From Ramazzottius varieornatus (taxonomy: Eukaryota; Animalia; Tardigrada): DNA of 64,000 nucleotides. Positions 48,653 to 60,324 of this stretch are shown in pieces. Position numbers and translations under genes: made by a program. The DNA lies in contig BDGG01000001.1 in assembly GCA_001949185.1 (NCBI GenBank), forward strand, positions 1,422,263-1,486,262, in the 5' to 3' direction. The notes under the pieces were generated by a model that saw only the letters and a program-made list of their open reading frames with translations, searched no databases and had not been told where the DNA came from. The first letter of the stretch is position 1. Each line of letters opens with the position of its first letter.

Positions 48653-49453
48653 ATGAACGCGCGACGTTTTACATCGATTCTGGTAATGAGTGCTTCATGT
48701 TGTTTCATCGTTTTTGGAGACCCTTATAGAACACCAGACGGGTACAAACTACCGTATCAACTTCAGGTTCAGCCTTTGTTTTTCAACGGAGGAGCGTATC
48801 CGGGTGCGCCAGTTGGTACACCAATTGGTTACGCACCACAGCCTCTGTACAACACATCTGAGCCGTACCGAATTCCAACAAACTATACCATCAACATCCC
48901 TGGACTCTCTCCATTTTCCGTAGCCAATCCATATGGCTACTATCTGCCGCCGATTGTGGTGGTAGTGCGAGAAAAAGGTGCGGTGTATTCGACTCCTACC
49001 TCGCCCACCACCAGGTCGAAGACAACCACTACGAGGTAAACGTTACAATTCGGGCGGGTCAGTTTTCCCGTCATAATTCGGGCGGCTCGAAAAGTTGATA
49101 CGTTATTCGCCACGCTGTATTGATTGATCACCGTACGTCGGTTGATACAACTTTAGGCTTTTTAACATTGCGCATACCCCTCTTCCTCCCACCGCTGACT
49201 CCGCGACTCTTTGACATCTTTGGATCTTTCAACCTATCACGAGAGATAGAAGAGAGGATGTTCTACCCTGGGAAGAAAAAACTAGGCAGTTTGGAGCAGA
49301 AACAGCTGAGATACAGACCGCCCAAATTGTGACTGGAAAACTGGCTCGCCCGAATTGTGACGTTTACCTCGTAGGTCGAACACAACCGCCAGAGCGCCAC
49401 CTGGAATGGGCCATCGCTTTTACACCAGGTCGAAATGGCGGAAGTCGCGGTGA
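48653..49453 (+). CDS. Small secreted Pro/Tyr/Thr-rich protein; predicted exons 48653-49035 and 49375-49453 (153 aa)
   Basis: Signal-peptide-like start; the TTRSKT/TTRSNT repeat continues across the MITE; unspliced ORF stops at 49039 inside the MITE. Confidence 0.7.
49032..49371. mobile_element. Tc1/mariner-like MITE, 340 bp, 54-bp TIRs, TA target-site duplication
   Basis: TIRs 49032-49085 and 49318-49371 (6 mismatches in 54 bp), starting CGAGGTAAACG; TA at 49030-49031 and 49372-49373. Confidence 0.92.
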
Positions 49454-49916
49454 GAATCTGCTGGACTATTGGACAGTATGCTCAACGGTCCTTCACACCT
49501 TGACACGCTTTTGCTGCAAACAGCCTTTGTATCTTTCGTTAACACTGCGTTTCTTTGAAAAACATACTTTGGGACATTAATATTGGCGCTTTCCGACATG
49601 TGTGAGAAAAGAGTAACTTTTTTACGACTGACAGCTCAAAAACAATCTTTTTTTTCTGCGCAACAACATGCTTACGACCGACTTGGCAATGTCAGGACTT
49701 GTCTTAACGCACTAGCAAGACGTACATGAAGCGTAATACCTTTTACAACGACCCGTAACTTCTTTCCGAAAACATGCCAACAGTGTGATAAAAGGCTTTG
49801 AAAACAGATTACAAAATAAATTTACAGTTTATGAAAGCAAAGCGACCCGTTACACTCCATCAAAGCGCAACGCCTGTATAAACTGTACACAATACTCCAC
49901 TTCCGCGATGACGTCA

Positions 49917-52502
49917 TCATCCACACAATGAATGGTAAAATCTCCTCCATGCCGGTAAATTTGCATGCGCGGCTCGTTCTTTTGCCAGTATCCGATCCAA
50001 GTCCAGTTCTCTTCGTCCAGTGACCAGATCGATGGTCTCTGTCTTGAAGAACCCATCTGGGTTGCCTTTTCCCGCTACCATGAAGGGTGTCTTCTTCAGC
50101 AGCTTCCAGAAAATGTAGAACACAAGGACGATCGGCGCGGCCAAGTAAGCGTTGAAAAAGCTTTCCGCTGTGGCTGTTTCGCCAATAGGTTTCACCGCAA
50201 CGTAGAACTGCGCAAGAAGAATGAGCACGTTGAAGATCACGCCCCACCACGAGCCGATGACCCCAAAGGCGGCTCTGAACGGTAACTCATCCAGGGTATG
50301 GCCTTGAACTCGCCAGGCGCGGCGGAAACGCAGATGAGCCCAGCAGATGGACATCCAAGTGAAGATGGTAGACAAACCGGAAATGGCGAGAAGCCAGCCG
50401 AAGACAAGGTCGGACGACGCTGATTCACTGATGTAGGCGAGACCGCCGAGAACGAGGGCGAGGATAATGGCGAAGAGAGGGCGTCCTTCTCGGTCGATGT
50501 AGCCCAGGAAGCGAGGAGCTTGGCCGGTGCGGGCCATGGCACACAATGTACGAGATGAACCGTAGACAGCAGAGTTTCCGACGGACATGACCGAGACAAG
50601 GATGACACCGTTGAAGATAGAGGGAAGGATTTTGATGCCGGCGATGTCGATGGCGATGACAAAGGGCGAAGCGGTAGCATCGTGGCCTGGAAAGCAGCAT
50701 CGAAGCGTTCAAGACAAAAGACCTTCATCCGCATGGAGTTGCTATCTTAGCTAATTTCGAAATGCTTCGTTGCAACCACCTTTCCGAATCGAAGTGGAAA
50801 AACGCTTCAAGTCTGCATCAAGAATAATGTTTGCGCAGTTACGTTTTTAACAGACCAAGCTGCGCAGTTCTCTACACCATACTGGACGCTTCAAAGTCAC
50901 CGTATCTTTTCTGCGTCCAGTTTGTCTAAACTGCTTAAGCTTACCAGAAGGCGCTTCCACGGTTTTATTTTGTGGCGCAGCAGCCGACTTATCCGAATCA
51001 GCGTTGTTAGCCTGGTCAAAGTGGGAGCCAAGAAGACGTGGGTGGTTGTATGGGACGATCAGGCCTACTAGGAGTAACGTCACAATATAAAAGATGGAGA
51101 TGCGCCAGAAGACCTGTTTCGTAGCTTTTGGCAAGGACTTCCTCGGGTTCTCCGATTCGGCTGCAGCCAGACCGACCATCTCCGTTCCACCGAAGGCAAA
51201 GGCCGCAGTGACGAACACCGCGCAAAAGCCTTGGAAGCCATTGTTGAAAGCACCTGGATTGGACCATGTCTTCGCCCCAAGGTATTCATGGGTTTCACGT
51301 TGAGCGGGACCGCCGCCGACGTCGATGACGATGCCCAGTACGATAAAGCCACATACTGCCAGGATCTTGATCATAGAGAAGACGAACTCGGCTTCGCCGT
51401 AGCCTTTGACGCCGAAGAAGTTGATGAAGATGACGATGAGAAGAAAGACGGTGATCCACACGCCCACGTCGATGTCTTTTGTCCAGTATTTGATGGTTAT
51501 GGCAGCTGCGGTGAGTTCGAGAGGAAGAACGACCAGCCATTGCAGAGCGTAGTTCCAACCTAAATGAAAATCACACTCAGAATTTGCATCTATATAGTTT
51601 TTTTTAGAACTCCAAATTTCTACAGCAAAATATGAGGTGGCAAACTGGAAGAGAAATATTTCGCTTACCCATTGCGAAGCCCCAGGCTGGATCGATAAAG
51701 CGGGATGAATATATCGAGAAGGAACCGGCAATCGGATAAAGCACCGCCAGTTCTCCCAAGGCCATAACGACATTAAAAAGCTAGACAAAAGACGAAATAT
51801 CATTTTTGAACTGCTTAGTCCGTCCAGGACCTTGGTAAGTAGAATCAGCGAGGAGTGACAGATTTGAACAACAAAAACAGTAAAAGTTTCGTACCATGGT
51901 ACCGATGAGAATAAAGCCGATCAGCAGGGAAGCCGGGCCTCCGTTTGCCAGCACGCCACCTGACCCGATGAATAACCCTGTACCGATGGCCCCACCCTTC
52001 AAAAAAGCGCCATTAAATTACCGCTCATTGCTTTATGACTAAATTATGCTCCAGTCGTCCGACCACATCCCTCTCGTCAACAGTAGTTCTAAGAATAATT
52101 GGCGAGCGGACAAGAACTTACGAAGGCGATCATCTGGATGTGGCGGTTCTTCAGCGTTCGTTTCAGCTCAGGACCATGTCCGCCGGGAAGAGGCTCCTTC
52201 TCTGAGTCGCCGGGCTTGTAATTTCCACTAACTGGTCCATGACTCTCTTCCATCGGCTTGAAGGAGTCGATGTAACGTCGCCAAAAAGGTTTCTTGACAT
52301 GATCGTACTGCAGAAAACAGGCACGGCTCTCGCAACGCATCTTGTCTAGGGTCCGAATCTTACGAATTTCACTGATTCCAACGTCCCGAGTTTTAAAGTT
52401 GGCCAGCTCCTGAACTGTCGCTCGGTAGTTTTTGACACTTACCTTCGGGGAATCGTCGGAGAACTTTTCCTTTTTCACTTCGGACATCTCCATCGCGGCC
52501 AT
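49917..52502 (-). CDS. Fungal-type amino-acid permease (APC superfamily, YAT/GAP1-like), 6 coding exons
   Basis: LKRTLKNRHIQMIAF|GGAIGTGLFIGSG, ALGELAV.YP.AGSF..Y.SRFIDPAWGFAMGWNY, FGVKGYGEAEF, AAFAFGGTEMVGLAAAE.ENPRK.LP.ATKQVFWRI, SPFVIA, GNSAVYGSSRTL; five GT-AG introns in phase. Confidence 0.95.
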
Positions 52503-53556
52503 CTGGAAAGGGCGAAGATACTGTCCAAACGACACCGCGGAAACGAGCGACGAACAGCAGCAATAATAATGGAGTCGATGGAAATCAAAACGGTTGAGGG
52601 ACGATACGCAACGATATCAGTGCCGCTCGAGTTATGAATCCAAACTAAAGTCTTCGGCTCATCTTTAAAGCAGAATCAGCCGCCACGCTGCGTAAGAATA
52701 AAATATATGTGAAGAAGAATATTATTATTGTTAAACACTGCGGAAAGTGAAACTCGTTCAAACGTGACGCTTGATCGGAGAAGCAACACAAGCGATGGGC
52801 AAGCTACGCTATGACCGCCAATATTTTATTAAAATATCAAGCCAAGTGCAAACCCAGCTCAGCAAAGATTAAACGAAGTGCAATGATGAAGAGCGAGTGT
52901 TAAGCCTGAAAAAAGACCTTCAGACTGACGCATGTTTTGTCTGTTGGATAGACACCAGGATGTATACGGTCTTTCTCTTTGTGCTCGAGGCTACGCCGAG
53001 TAGGCCGTATGCCAGAATGATAGTGACACTTTCGTGCTCTTGTATTGAAGAAAGTATTTTCGTCATTCAGCAAAATTACAGCTTTGTCAGGGAGCCACTT
53101 CTTCGAATAAAATGACCGACATGGTGCTGTCGCATTGTTTTTGTAAGCCACGATACATCTTTACACATCCAGGTTCGTTGAATCGAACGGAATCATACAT
53201 TTTGAAAACTCGATCCATCCCGATAGCTGAAGGCTGGATTACCTTGTGATCTAATATTGTTTCGGCAGCCCAATTTCTGGAACATTGACTAATAACACGA
53301 TTGTTCATGGAACGGTTTTGAAGTTTTGCCTCCCCAGGGGCAATCTTCAACTGCTAATGCGATCTAGTATAATAAACATGAGCAACCAGAGTCTGACATT
53401 CATTTGGCCGTCTGACCAGTCGTCAGTTGGCTACGTCGGGAAAGTCTGAATCCGAAGTCGTATCGGTCAAATATTCGAAGCTGTTTTCTATAGTTGCAAA
53501 ACGAATCGTGGCTCGTTCGAAAGAGGTTGGAAATTGTATAAGCAGTAGCGAAGAGC

Positions 53557-54570
53557 TCAGCGGTAAAGGTGCAATCTGAATTCTGCTAGATCGATATGCC
53601 AGGTTGTAGCGAGTCGGCGTGAACGGGGCGTATCAGGTCCACCGAAATCCACCGACCGCTTCGTACTTCGGCGCCGTCGTATGCAGTGGGAAACGAGAGC
53701 CGCGCCGCCAAAGAACGCTACTACACATCCAACAGCTCCGCACACGTATACCGGCTATGAGATTGCTTCATTCGGACCCTAGAAAACGAGACGGTTGTGC
53801 CACCAAAGTACTGTTCGCTTGCACAAAAATATGACAAATGCGTTACATTAGTAGCACAGATCTACAGCACTGGTTACCGTCAGCTGGATGGGTACGAGGT
53901 TGCATTTGGGGGTCCCACAGACCTAACACCGACTACCGCTGCTTGCAGGCGGTACCAACAGTTTCTCGATGGTCCAGTTCAGAGTCTGACAGTGCTTTCG
54001 TACGTCATTCAACATCGTCTCCGCGCATCCCCGAGCAACCGATTTCTCTGTAATGATACAGTGATAACTACGACAGAACACAGAGGTAATCATAAGTGAA
54101 ACCTCTTGTTTGAAATGTGCCATGCAGTGAAGGTAAAAGAAAACTCGTATCATAGGTACTCGTACAATGCGTGGAAAGAAAGGGAAATACACTCGAATAT
54201 GCTAATGTGTTTTAGCTTCATGGATTTGTTTCATGTAAACACTGCCGCATACGTGTAGGTTTGGTTCTACAGAGCGAGAACTTACCTGAGTCAATGTACC
54301 CTGTATAACAATAACCACTGGGACACTTCTTGAAATCGCCCACGACGAAAGGTGCTTCGGGATGAAAGCACCTGTCAGAAACTCCATAGGCCGTTTCGCA
54401 AAATAAGCATCGAAAATCTTTAGTGGAATCGGCTTCTGCCCCACAAGCAAAGACTGAAAATCTCACCAGGACCCGGATGAAGACGATTTGCGTACCAGAC
54501 TTACAGAAACCCATCGCGCTCCTTTAAACTCTATCGTACTCTAAGAGCGAATCGCACCGCACAATCATAT
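53557..54570 (-). pseudogene. Ly6/three-finger (Quiver-like) domain plus TM segment, with in-frame stops
   Basis: FRCLFC..C..KKCPSGYCYT|..VARGC..C..C*VCGTPKCN, then GPNEAIS*PVYV and a hydrophobic helix followed by RRRR; splice sites retained; TAG at 53923-53925 and 53755-53757. Confidence 0.6.
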
Positions 54571-54644
54571 TGCCGTAACAGTCGGACTGGCTCAGTTTGC
54601 GGCTGGCTTATGTATTTGAGAACTAAACGTACAGGTCGGCATTT

Positions 54645-56415
54645 TCACTGCAGATCCCATTTAACCAGGGCCGACCTGTATGAATGATACAGGAATTTCA
54701 CGCATCGTGATATGGTGGCAACTGTTGGACGGTTTCGATTCGGCAGCAGTTTGTGGACGAAGGACACAATGGTAATGGAGTCGACCATATAAGTGCCTGC
54801 GACCCGAACAATCCATTTCGGTGCACGCTGCTCTTGCCGCCACCATTGAACGCTAACAGACTGTACAACTAGTACGTTGTGTTGCATATTCGTCAGTTTA
54901 AAACGAGCATCCAAAACGGGTTGGTGCACTCCGCTACACAATGAGCTGTTTCTTGTTCAACGTCGGGTGGACTCAACTGCACGTTGTTGAAGCACAGTTA
55001 CTGACAAACGAATGCATTAACGGATAAACTCAAAAGGAACAAAGCTTCAAGGGATAAGATTGTTACTGATGGCAAACAAAAACGCGCAAAGGTAGCGCAT
55101 ACTCTGCGGTTGAGCCAAAGGTTGTATGAAGCGGCGTACCATCTGATCTTGACTCGATGAATAGTACCGTATCGTACTCGTGCAAATGCTGTAATGCAGC
55201 GGTTCTAGTGATGCAGCCATGCCGCTGGAAAAATCAAATGTGACAAACAGCTGGGGAACGGCAACGTCGAACCTGACGTCACGGCTCAAACCGACATGTT
55301 AGCCATGTACGTACGCTGCACGCATTGAGCCATCACGTAGACAAAGCCGGTTTCATCTAAACTAACCGACCCGATTACGAGGCGATAGTCACATGACGAG
55401 GACCACGTCCGGGCACCCAGCTGTTTGTCACATTGGCTATCGCGCAGCGGCATGGCTGTAGTGATGGATGGCATAACGGCAAAGTAAACCCGAACACTAA
55501 TCGTAGCTACAGAATGCCGCAGAGGTGACGATGAGGATAAACGCCGAAGTAACGGTGAAGGTGGTCGCTTTGGTATTGATAACAGCATAGTTGAGTTTCC
55601 CGCAGGGACAGTGTACTTTGCAGTGTTCAGCCGTGTTCCCACCTGCAGCCAAGGAGGTAACTGATAGGGTAGTTGTTGTAGTGCTTTTGCTGGTAGTTGA
55701 CGTAGTTGTCTTCTCTGCGGTGCATTCAGATGTGTTCAAGTAGCACCCAATCGACTCGTTCCCGGTTGTGTTGAAGGCACGGAAGCGGTAGGCGGGAATA
55801 TTCAGCCGCGGCAACTTCTTACACAAAGGTAACTGACAGAGGTGCAAAAATCCTGGGTACTCAAAAAGCGCCTTGCATTTGGGATCTGCTGTCTTGTTAC
55901 ACTCGCTTTCCCCTACCGTATCAGTGAGGTGGTAGGTTCTAATCAAACCTGTAGCAGACTCTTTGATAGGTCAAGCGGTTAACCGAGCGGTTGGATATAC
56001 CTGCCGTCCGTATGAAATGTGGTCGGATGCAGCTAACTTTGCCCAGAGTTAACCGGACTGTCAACGTACCTGTTGTTGCCTGAAAAAAATCATGAGTGTC
56101 AACTCAAACAACACGAAACTACGCGTTTTCAACATCCTCTTTATCTGTGAGCATTTTAATACAGTGGTGGCCCGAACAATTTCAGTTCTTTTCAGCAGCC
56201 GAGTTTTAAATTGCGGCCTCGGCTTGGGGAACCAAGCCGAGGCCGCACGGTTGGCCATAATTGTGTCCATGCACATAATTAAGTAAAGCGTGTGTACTTA
56301 CTCTAGTTATACAGTACTGAAGATGCACCCCTACAGTTAATAACGTGACCATGAAAATGACAATTAATGGCAACCAGTCCGGCCAAAGGCGAAATTGCCA
56401 CTGGTGGCTCAACAT
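54645..56415 (-). CDS. Putative multi-exon secreted or membrane protein with a Cys-rich segment and Thr-rich stalk (may be partly pseudogenic)
   Basis: Hydrophobic leader (LPLIVIFMVTLLTVG) ending at gtaagt; probable micro-exon near 56070-56079; Cys-rich/Thr-rich exon 55948-55643; 3' structure uncertain. Confidence 0.4.
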
Positions 56416-56629
56416 GGATTGAGTGTTAGTTTTACGTTTAGCCTGGGCTTTGAACCAGTATCGGTAGAAAACAGCAGTCAATCCTGCTGCGCTCTGTTAG
56501 TACTGCGCAGCGCCGCAGGATTGACTGGCGTGCAGTTTTTTTATTCAGCCAATCAACCCGCATTTCTAGGCTGAAGGGAGAGTATCAGACCTCTACCGCG
56601 AATAAGATGTCTTAGTTTTCAAAAATTCA

Positions 56630-56740
56630 GACTGGTGGATCAGTGGCACGACGGTGCGCGTGAAAGTAAGCAGGCTGTGCGTTCGATCCTCCTAGGTAGC
56701 AGCTGTCTACGCTGCCCTTACCTACAGCAAAAATCGGACT
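56630..56740 (+). mobile_element. tRNA-derived SINE-like head (Pol III A and B boxes)
   Basis: TGGATCAGTGG (56636-56646) and GTTCGATCC (56681-56689) at tRNA-like spacing; no full cloverleaf evident. Confidence 0.5.
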
Positions 56741-56802
56741 CTGGTGCAGAACGTTGGGCTGCAAGGGATCTCTGACACTGGACTCGTTTGACAACTTTAG
56801 CT

Positions 56803-57850
56803 ATTCGAATTTTGAGCTTTTTAGAGGAAAACCGTTTGCTGACTACGAGACAGTTTGGTTTCAGGCCGAAAAGATCCACAGAGGCGCAGCTACTTCACAT
56901 GGTCCATCGGTGGACGCAAGGCCTATCGGAGAAGAAGGAAGTGGAAGCAGTGTTCCTAGACTGCACCAAGGCGTTCGACAGAGTCCCCCATGAAGTGCTA
57001 ATAAGGAGCCTACAAGACCGCGGTATCACCGGCGACCTGTTAGAGCTGATGGCCGACTACCTGCGAGGCAGAACTCAAAGAGTAACCGTTAGAGCTACTA
57101 CAGTGAGTACAGTGAAGTCCGGTCAGGCATTCCGCGAGGTTCCGTTCTGGGCCCACCGTTCTTCATTGTGGCGGTCAACAAGCTCTCCGAGTCGGCTAAG
57201 TGTGAGCTGTACCAGTACGCTGACGAACTGGTAGCCCATCAAGTGATCGGCCAGCCTGAAGACTGCCGAGCCTTTCAAGAAAGCCTGGATTAGTTGGGTG
57301 AGAACTGCGCAGAAGCCGGGCTGAGCCTGAACCCAAGCAAGTCGCAGCATGTCCGCATCTTCTTCAAAAGATCCGGAAGTGTCCCTGTCCTTCATGGTAA
57401 CCACTCCATCAGCGGTCAAAGGATCCTGACGGAGAGCTAAATGACGTGCTCGGGAGTCGTAATCGACCGGAGGCTGAACTGGACTACGCAGGTCGACGCA
57501 GTGACTGCGAGGAGCCGGAAGCGGCTTCACGCCATTTGCTCGCACTTTCCCTTTCAGCTTAGCGCGGCGAGACAGCTGCTGTACAAGAGTCTAGTTCGTC
57601 CCGTTGCTGACTACGCCTGCTCAGTTTGGAACCCACGAACCACAAGCACCAAAGACAGTTGGAGCAGGTCCAAAAAGATTTCCTCAAGAGCATCCGGCTG
57701 AGCAAGTTACCCAAAGGACAGCACGATGGAGACTTCAGCCAGTATAGACAGCACCTGGCGGAAGTCAAGTGGGACTACCTGTGGACAAGAAGGGCGAAGG
57801 CCGTGCTGGTAAACGGTTTCAGGATATGGACGAACGGGTTCCCCGATGGA
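56803..57850 (+). mobile_element. 5'-truncated, frameshifted non-LTR retrotransposon reverse transcriptase (CR1/L2/Jockey-like)
   Basis: QFGFRPKRST, VFLDCTKAFDRVPH, YLRGRTQRV, IPRGSVLGP, YADE, LNPSKS, GVVIDRRLNW, LYKSLVRP..DYACSVWNP in shifting frames. Confidence 0.93.
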
Positions 57851-58566
57851 CGGCTCCTAATGAACGTATCCAGCCCTGTGCAGCAACCACCAACTCGAGT
57901 CAACACCAGGAGCCAGACGTGTACAAGAGTTCCGGAAGGAAAAGTATGGGTCCAGCCAGCTACAAAGAAAAAGATACTTTGAACGTAACTTCTGACACAT
58001 TTGATACGTAGCTTCTGCCTTGATCAACGATACGAATTTCCACCCATCTTCGGAAAACTGCCACAATCTCCGTGCCTTCAAGTCCTATCTCGATCGACTA
58101 GACTTCCGAAAATTCTCGTGGTGTAAATAGTTGTTTGTTTTGATTGTTTTTGGATTCTTTCGAATCCGTTCTCTTATGGCTCTCTTGCCGAATTTTCCAA
58201 CTTGTGTCCAAGGCTGAGCATTTGCTGGTGATCCAAACACGAGTAAAGCGATTATTAACATCGCGACTTTCATAGCGCACAACCACTGCTGAGTCTGACG
58301 TCACGGCTCCAACTGATGCGTTAGCCGTGTACGTACGCTTCACTCATCTAGCCGTCACGTAGACAAAGCCGGTTTCGTCTAATTCTACCGATCCGAGCGC
58401 CAGCCGATAGTCACATGACAGCACCGCCTACGGCAATTGTTTGTGACATTAGCTACTGTGCGGCGGCAGGCCTGCACACAACCTTGTGGCCAACATCAGC
58501 GAGACCAAGGCTGAAGGGCTCAAGGTAACGTTGTGGAGCAGGCGCGGAAGACCTCGAATTAGCTAC

Positions 58567-59061
58567 GTCCAGGCGTCCCAAAGACTTCAGTATAGAAGGC
58601 TCGGCGAAGCTAAAATAAGCCGTTTTAGCCGTTCTTAGCCGCGGCTAAAGCAGCTGAAATGCTTTTAGCCACGGCTAGAACGTATTGTGCGTTCGAATGC
58701 TTTATTGATGCCAAAACTATTTTAGCCGACTCAGCATCAATAAATCAACGGAACGCACAATACATTTTTTAGCCATGGCTAAAAGTATTTTAGCTGCTTT
58801 AGCCGCGGCTAAAATATTTTTAGCTACGGCTCAGAACGGCTAAAGCGGCTTATTTTAGCTTCACCGAGCCTTCTATAGACTTCAGTGGGCGAGATTGTTG
58901 AGGGCAGGGGGCTAGATCCCCGCATGAGAAGTCTTGTGGGCAGAAACCGAGCGGTATTGATTGCTGGATTAGCCAGAAGGCTTTCCATGCGGAGTCCTAG
59001 CCTCCTGCCCTCAACAATCTAGCCCAGTGAAGTCTTTCGGACCCAGCGCTGACGCCTGGAC
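58567..59061. mobile_element. MITE with long TIRs, left TIR interrupted by a younger MITE
   Basis: GTCCAGGCGTC..AAAGACTTCAG|TGGGCGAGATTGTTGAGGGCAGG..CCGCATG is matched by an inverted copy at 58986-59061. Confidence 0.8.
58591..58877. mobile_element. Palindromic MITE (287 bp) with direct TSD GACTTCAG
   Basis: TATAGAAGGCTCGG..CCGAGCCTTCTATA termini; GACTTCAG at 58583-58590 and 58878-58885; internal TTTTAGCC/GGCTAAAA repeats. Confidence 0.9.
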
Positions 59062-60300
59062 ACGTCGTTTGCTCACTGCTCGGCGAACTGGTTCGGAATG
59101 TGCCCATCGAAGTCGCCGGACATCTTCAGTCGGTTGACAACCTTACCAGGATTGTTCGAAGACATGCCTGACCCGGACAAGCGCGAAGACATTTCCTCGA
59201 GGCATATCCGGAGAAGAGCGAGATTGGGCGAAGTAGAGTTCTGTACGATTCCGGTCCGTTCGACCCAAAAGTAGAGGCATGACAATTGGGGAATCCACGC
59301 ACCGAGCGCACACACCACGGTTGCGAAGGGTGGAGTGAATACATGCGCATTCGCGCACCATTGTAAAGCAAGCAATACAGAAAATACCAAAAGTAATAAG
59401 TTGAAACTTGAAGACTAAACGAGTTGCGTATTGCGCAACACGTGTTAATTCTTACTTGGCTTTACTTTTACATGCGGGTGTATACTTTACTTCACACCAT
59501 AAGGGTTCTTTACGTCAATGCGCATGCCGTCGGTCACGTGTTAAATTTCCCAATTGTAATGCCTCTACCCAAAAGCGCCTCATCATTATCAAGGCCGAAG
59601 ATTTCAACTTGCTGCGAGACTCTGACACGTGGATTATGATGGTACTTTCGACGTCGTTCCTAAATCATTTGACCAGCTCTGCACTAACCACGTGGATTTT
59701 TTGGAGGAGTGTTTCGAGTCTTATTCGCACTGTTGCCCAACAGAACCACCGCGACGTACGACGAGCTCTTCCGTGCTGGAGCTATGCCATTCCGTGCAGT
59801 CGGTGATCCCAATCCTTGCAACATCGTTACCGACAACGAGTAAGCGGTGATTAATTGTGTCAGAAATTCTAGCCCCACAATCTTTTGAACGGTGAGGATG
59901 TTTTTTTGTCTTTCACCCCGTTTTAACCTGATTTTCTCCCGAACGCTATTATGAGGAGATTTTAAGAACGGTAACGATTGATGTTCACAACTTCTTCATC
60001 TCCACTTCGGCCAAGCTGCACATCGCAAGATTGCGGGCTTGGGTATTGGGCCTCGAATGGTGTTGGAAGACTTGGGCCGTACAATCCGTATGGTCTACGG
60101 TCTGACGTACATCCCGAGGGAAAAAATTGCGGAGGCGTGGCGGATCATCTTGCAACTCGACAACCTCCCCTTGAAGTCCAATTCCGACTTCGCGACAGTA
60201 TGTCTTCCCTGCTCTGGATTAACCTTTTGACCAAGACTCCCTGGAATTTTCCCTTGTAGTGCATGAACAGAACCTGGATTGGCGAAGTCAACGATGGCGG
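59062..60300 (+). pseudogene. Decayed MULE (Mutator-like) transposase
   Basis: VAGHLQSVDNLTRIVRR, LYDSGP.D.KRLII, LLRDSDTW..DGTFDVVPKSFDQL.T.H, HFGQAAHRKIAGLG, GLTYIPREKIAEAW and NRTWIG, broken by frameshifts and a MITE. Confidence 0.85.
59272..59567. mobile_element. hAT-like MITE (296 bp) with 8-bp TSD CCCAAAAG, inserted in the MULE transposase
   Basis: TAGAGGCATGACAATTGGG..CCCAATTGTAATGCCTCTA; CCCAAAAG at 59264-59271 and 59568-59575. Confidence 0.88.
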
Positions 60301-60324
60301 CAATGAGTTTGCGGCAGGGCCGGC

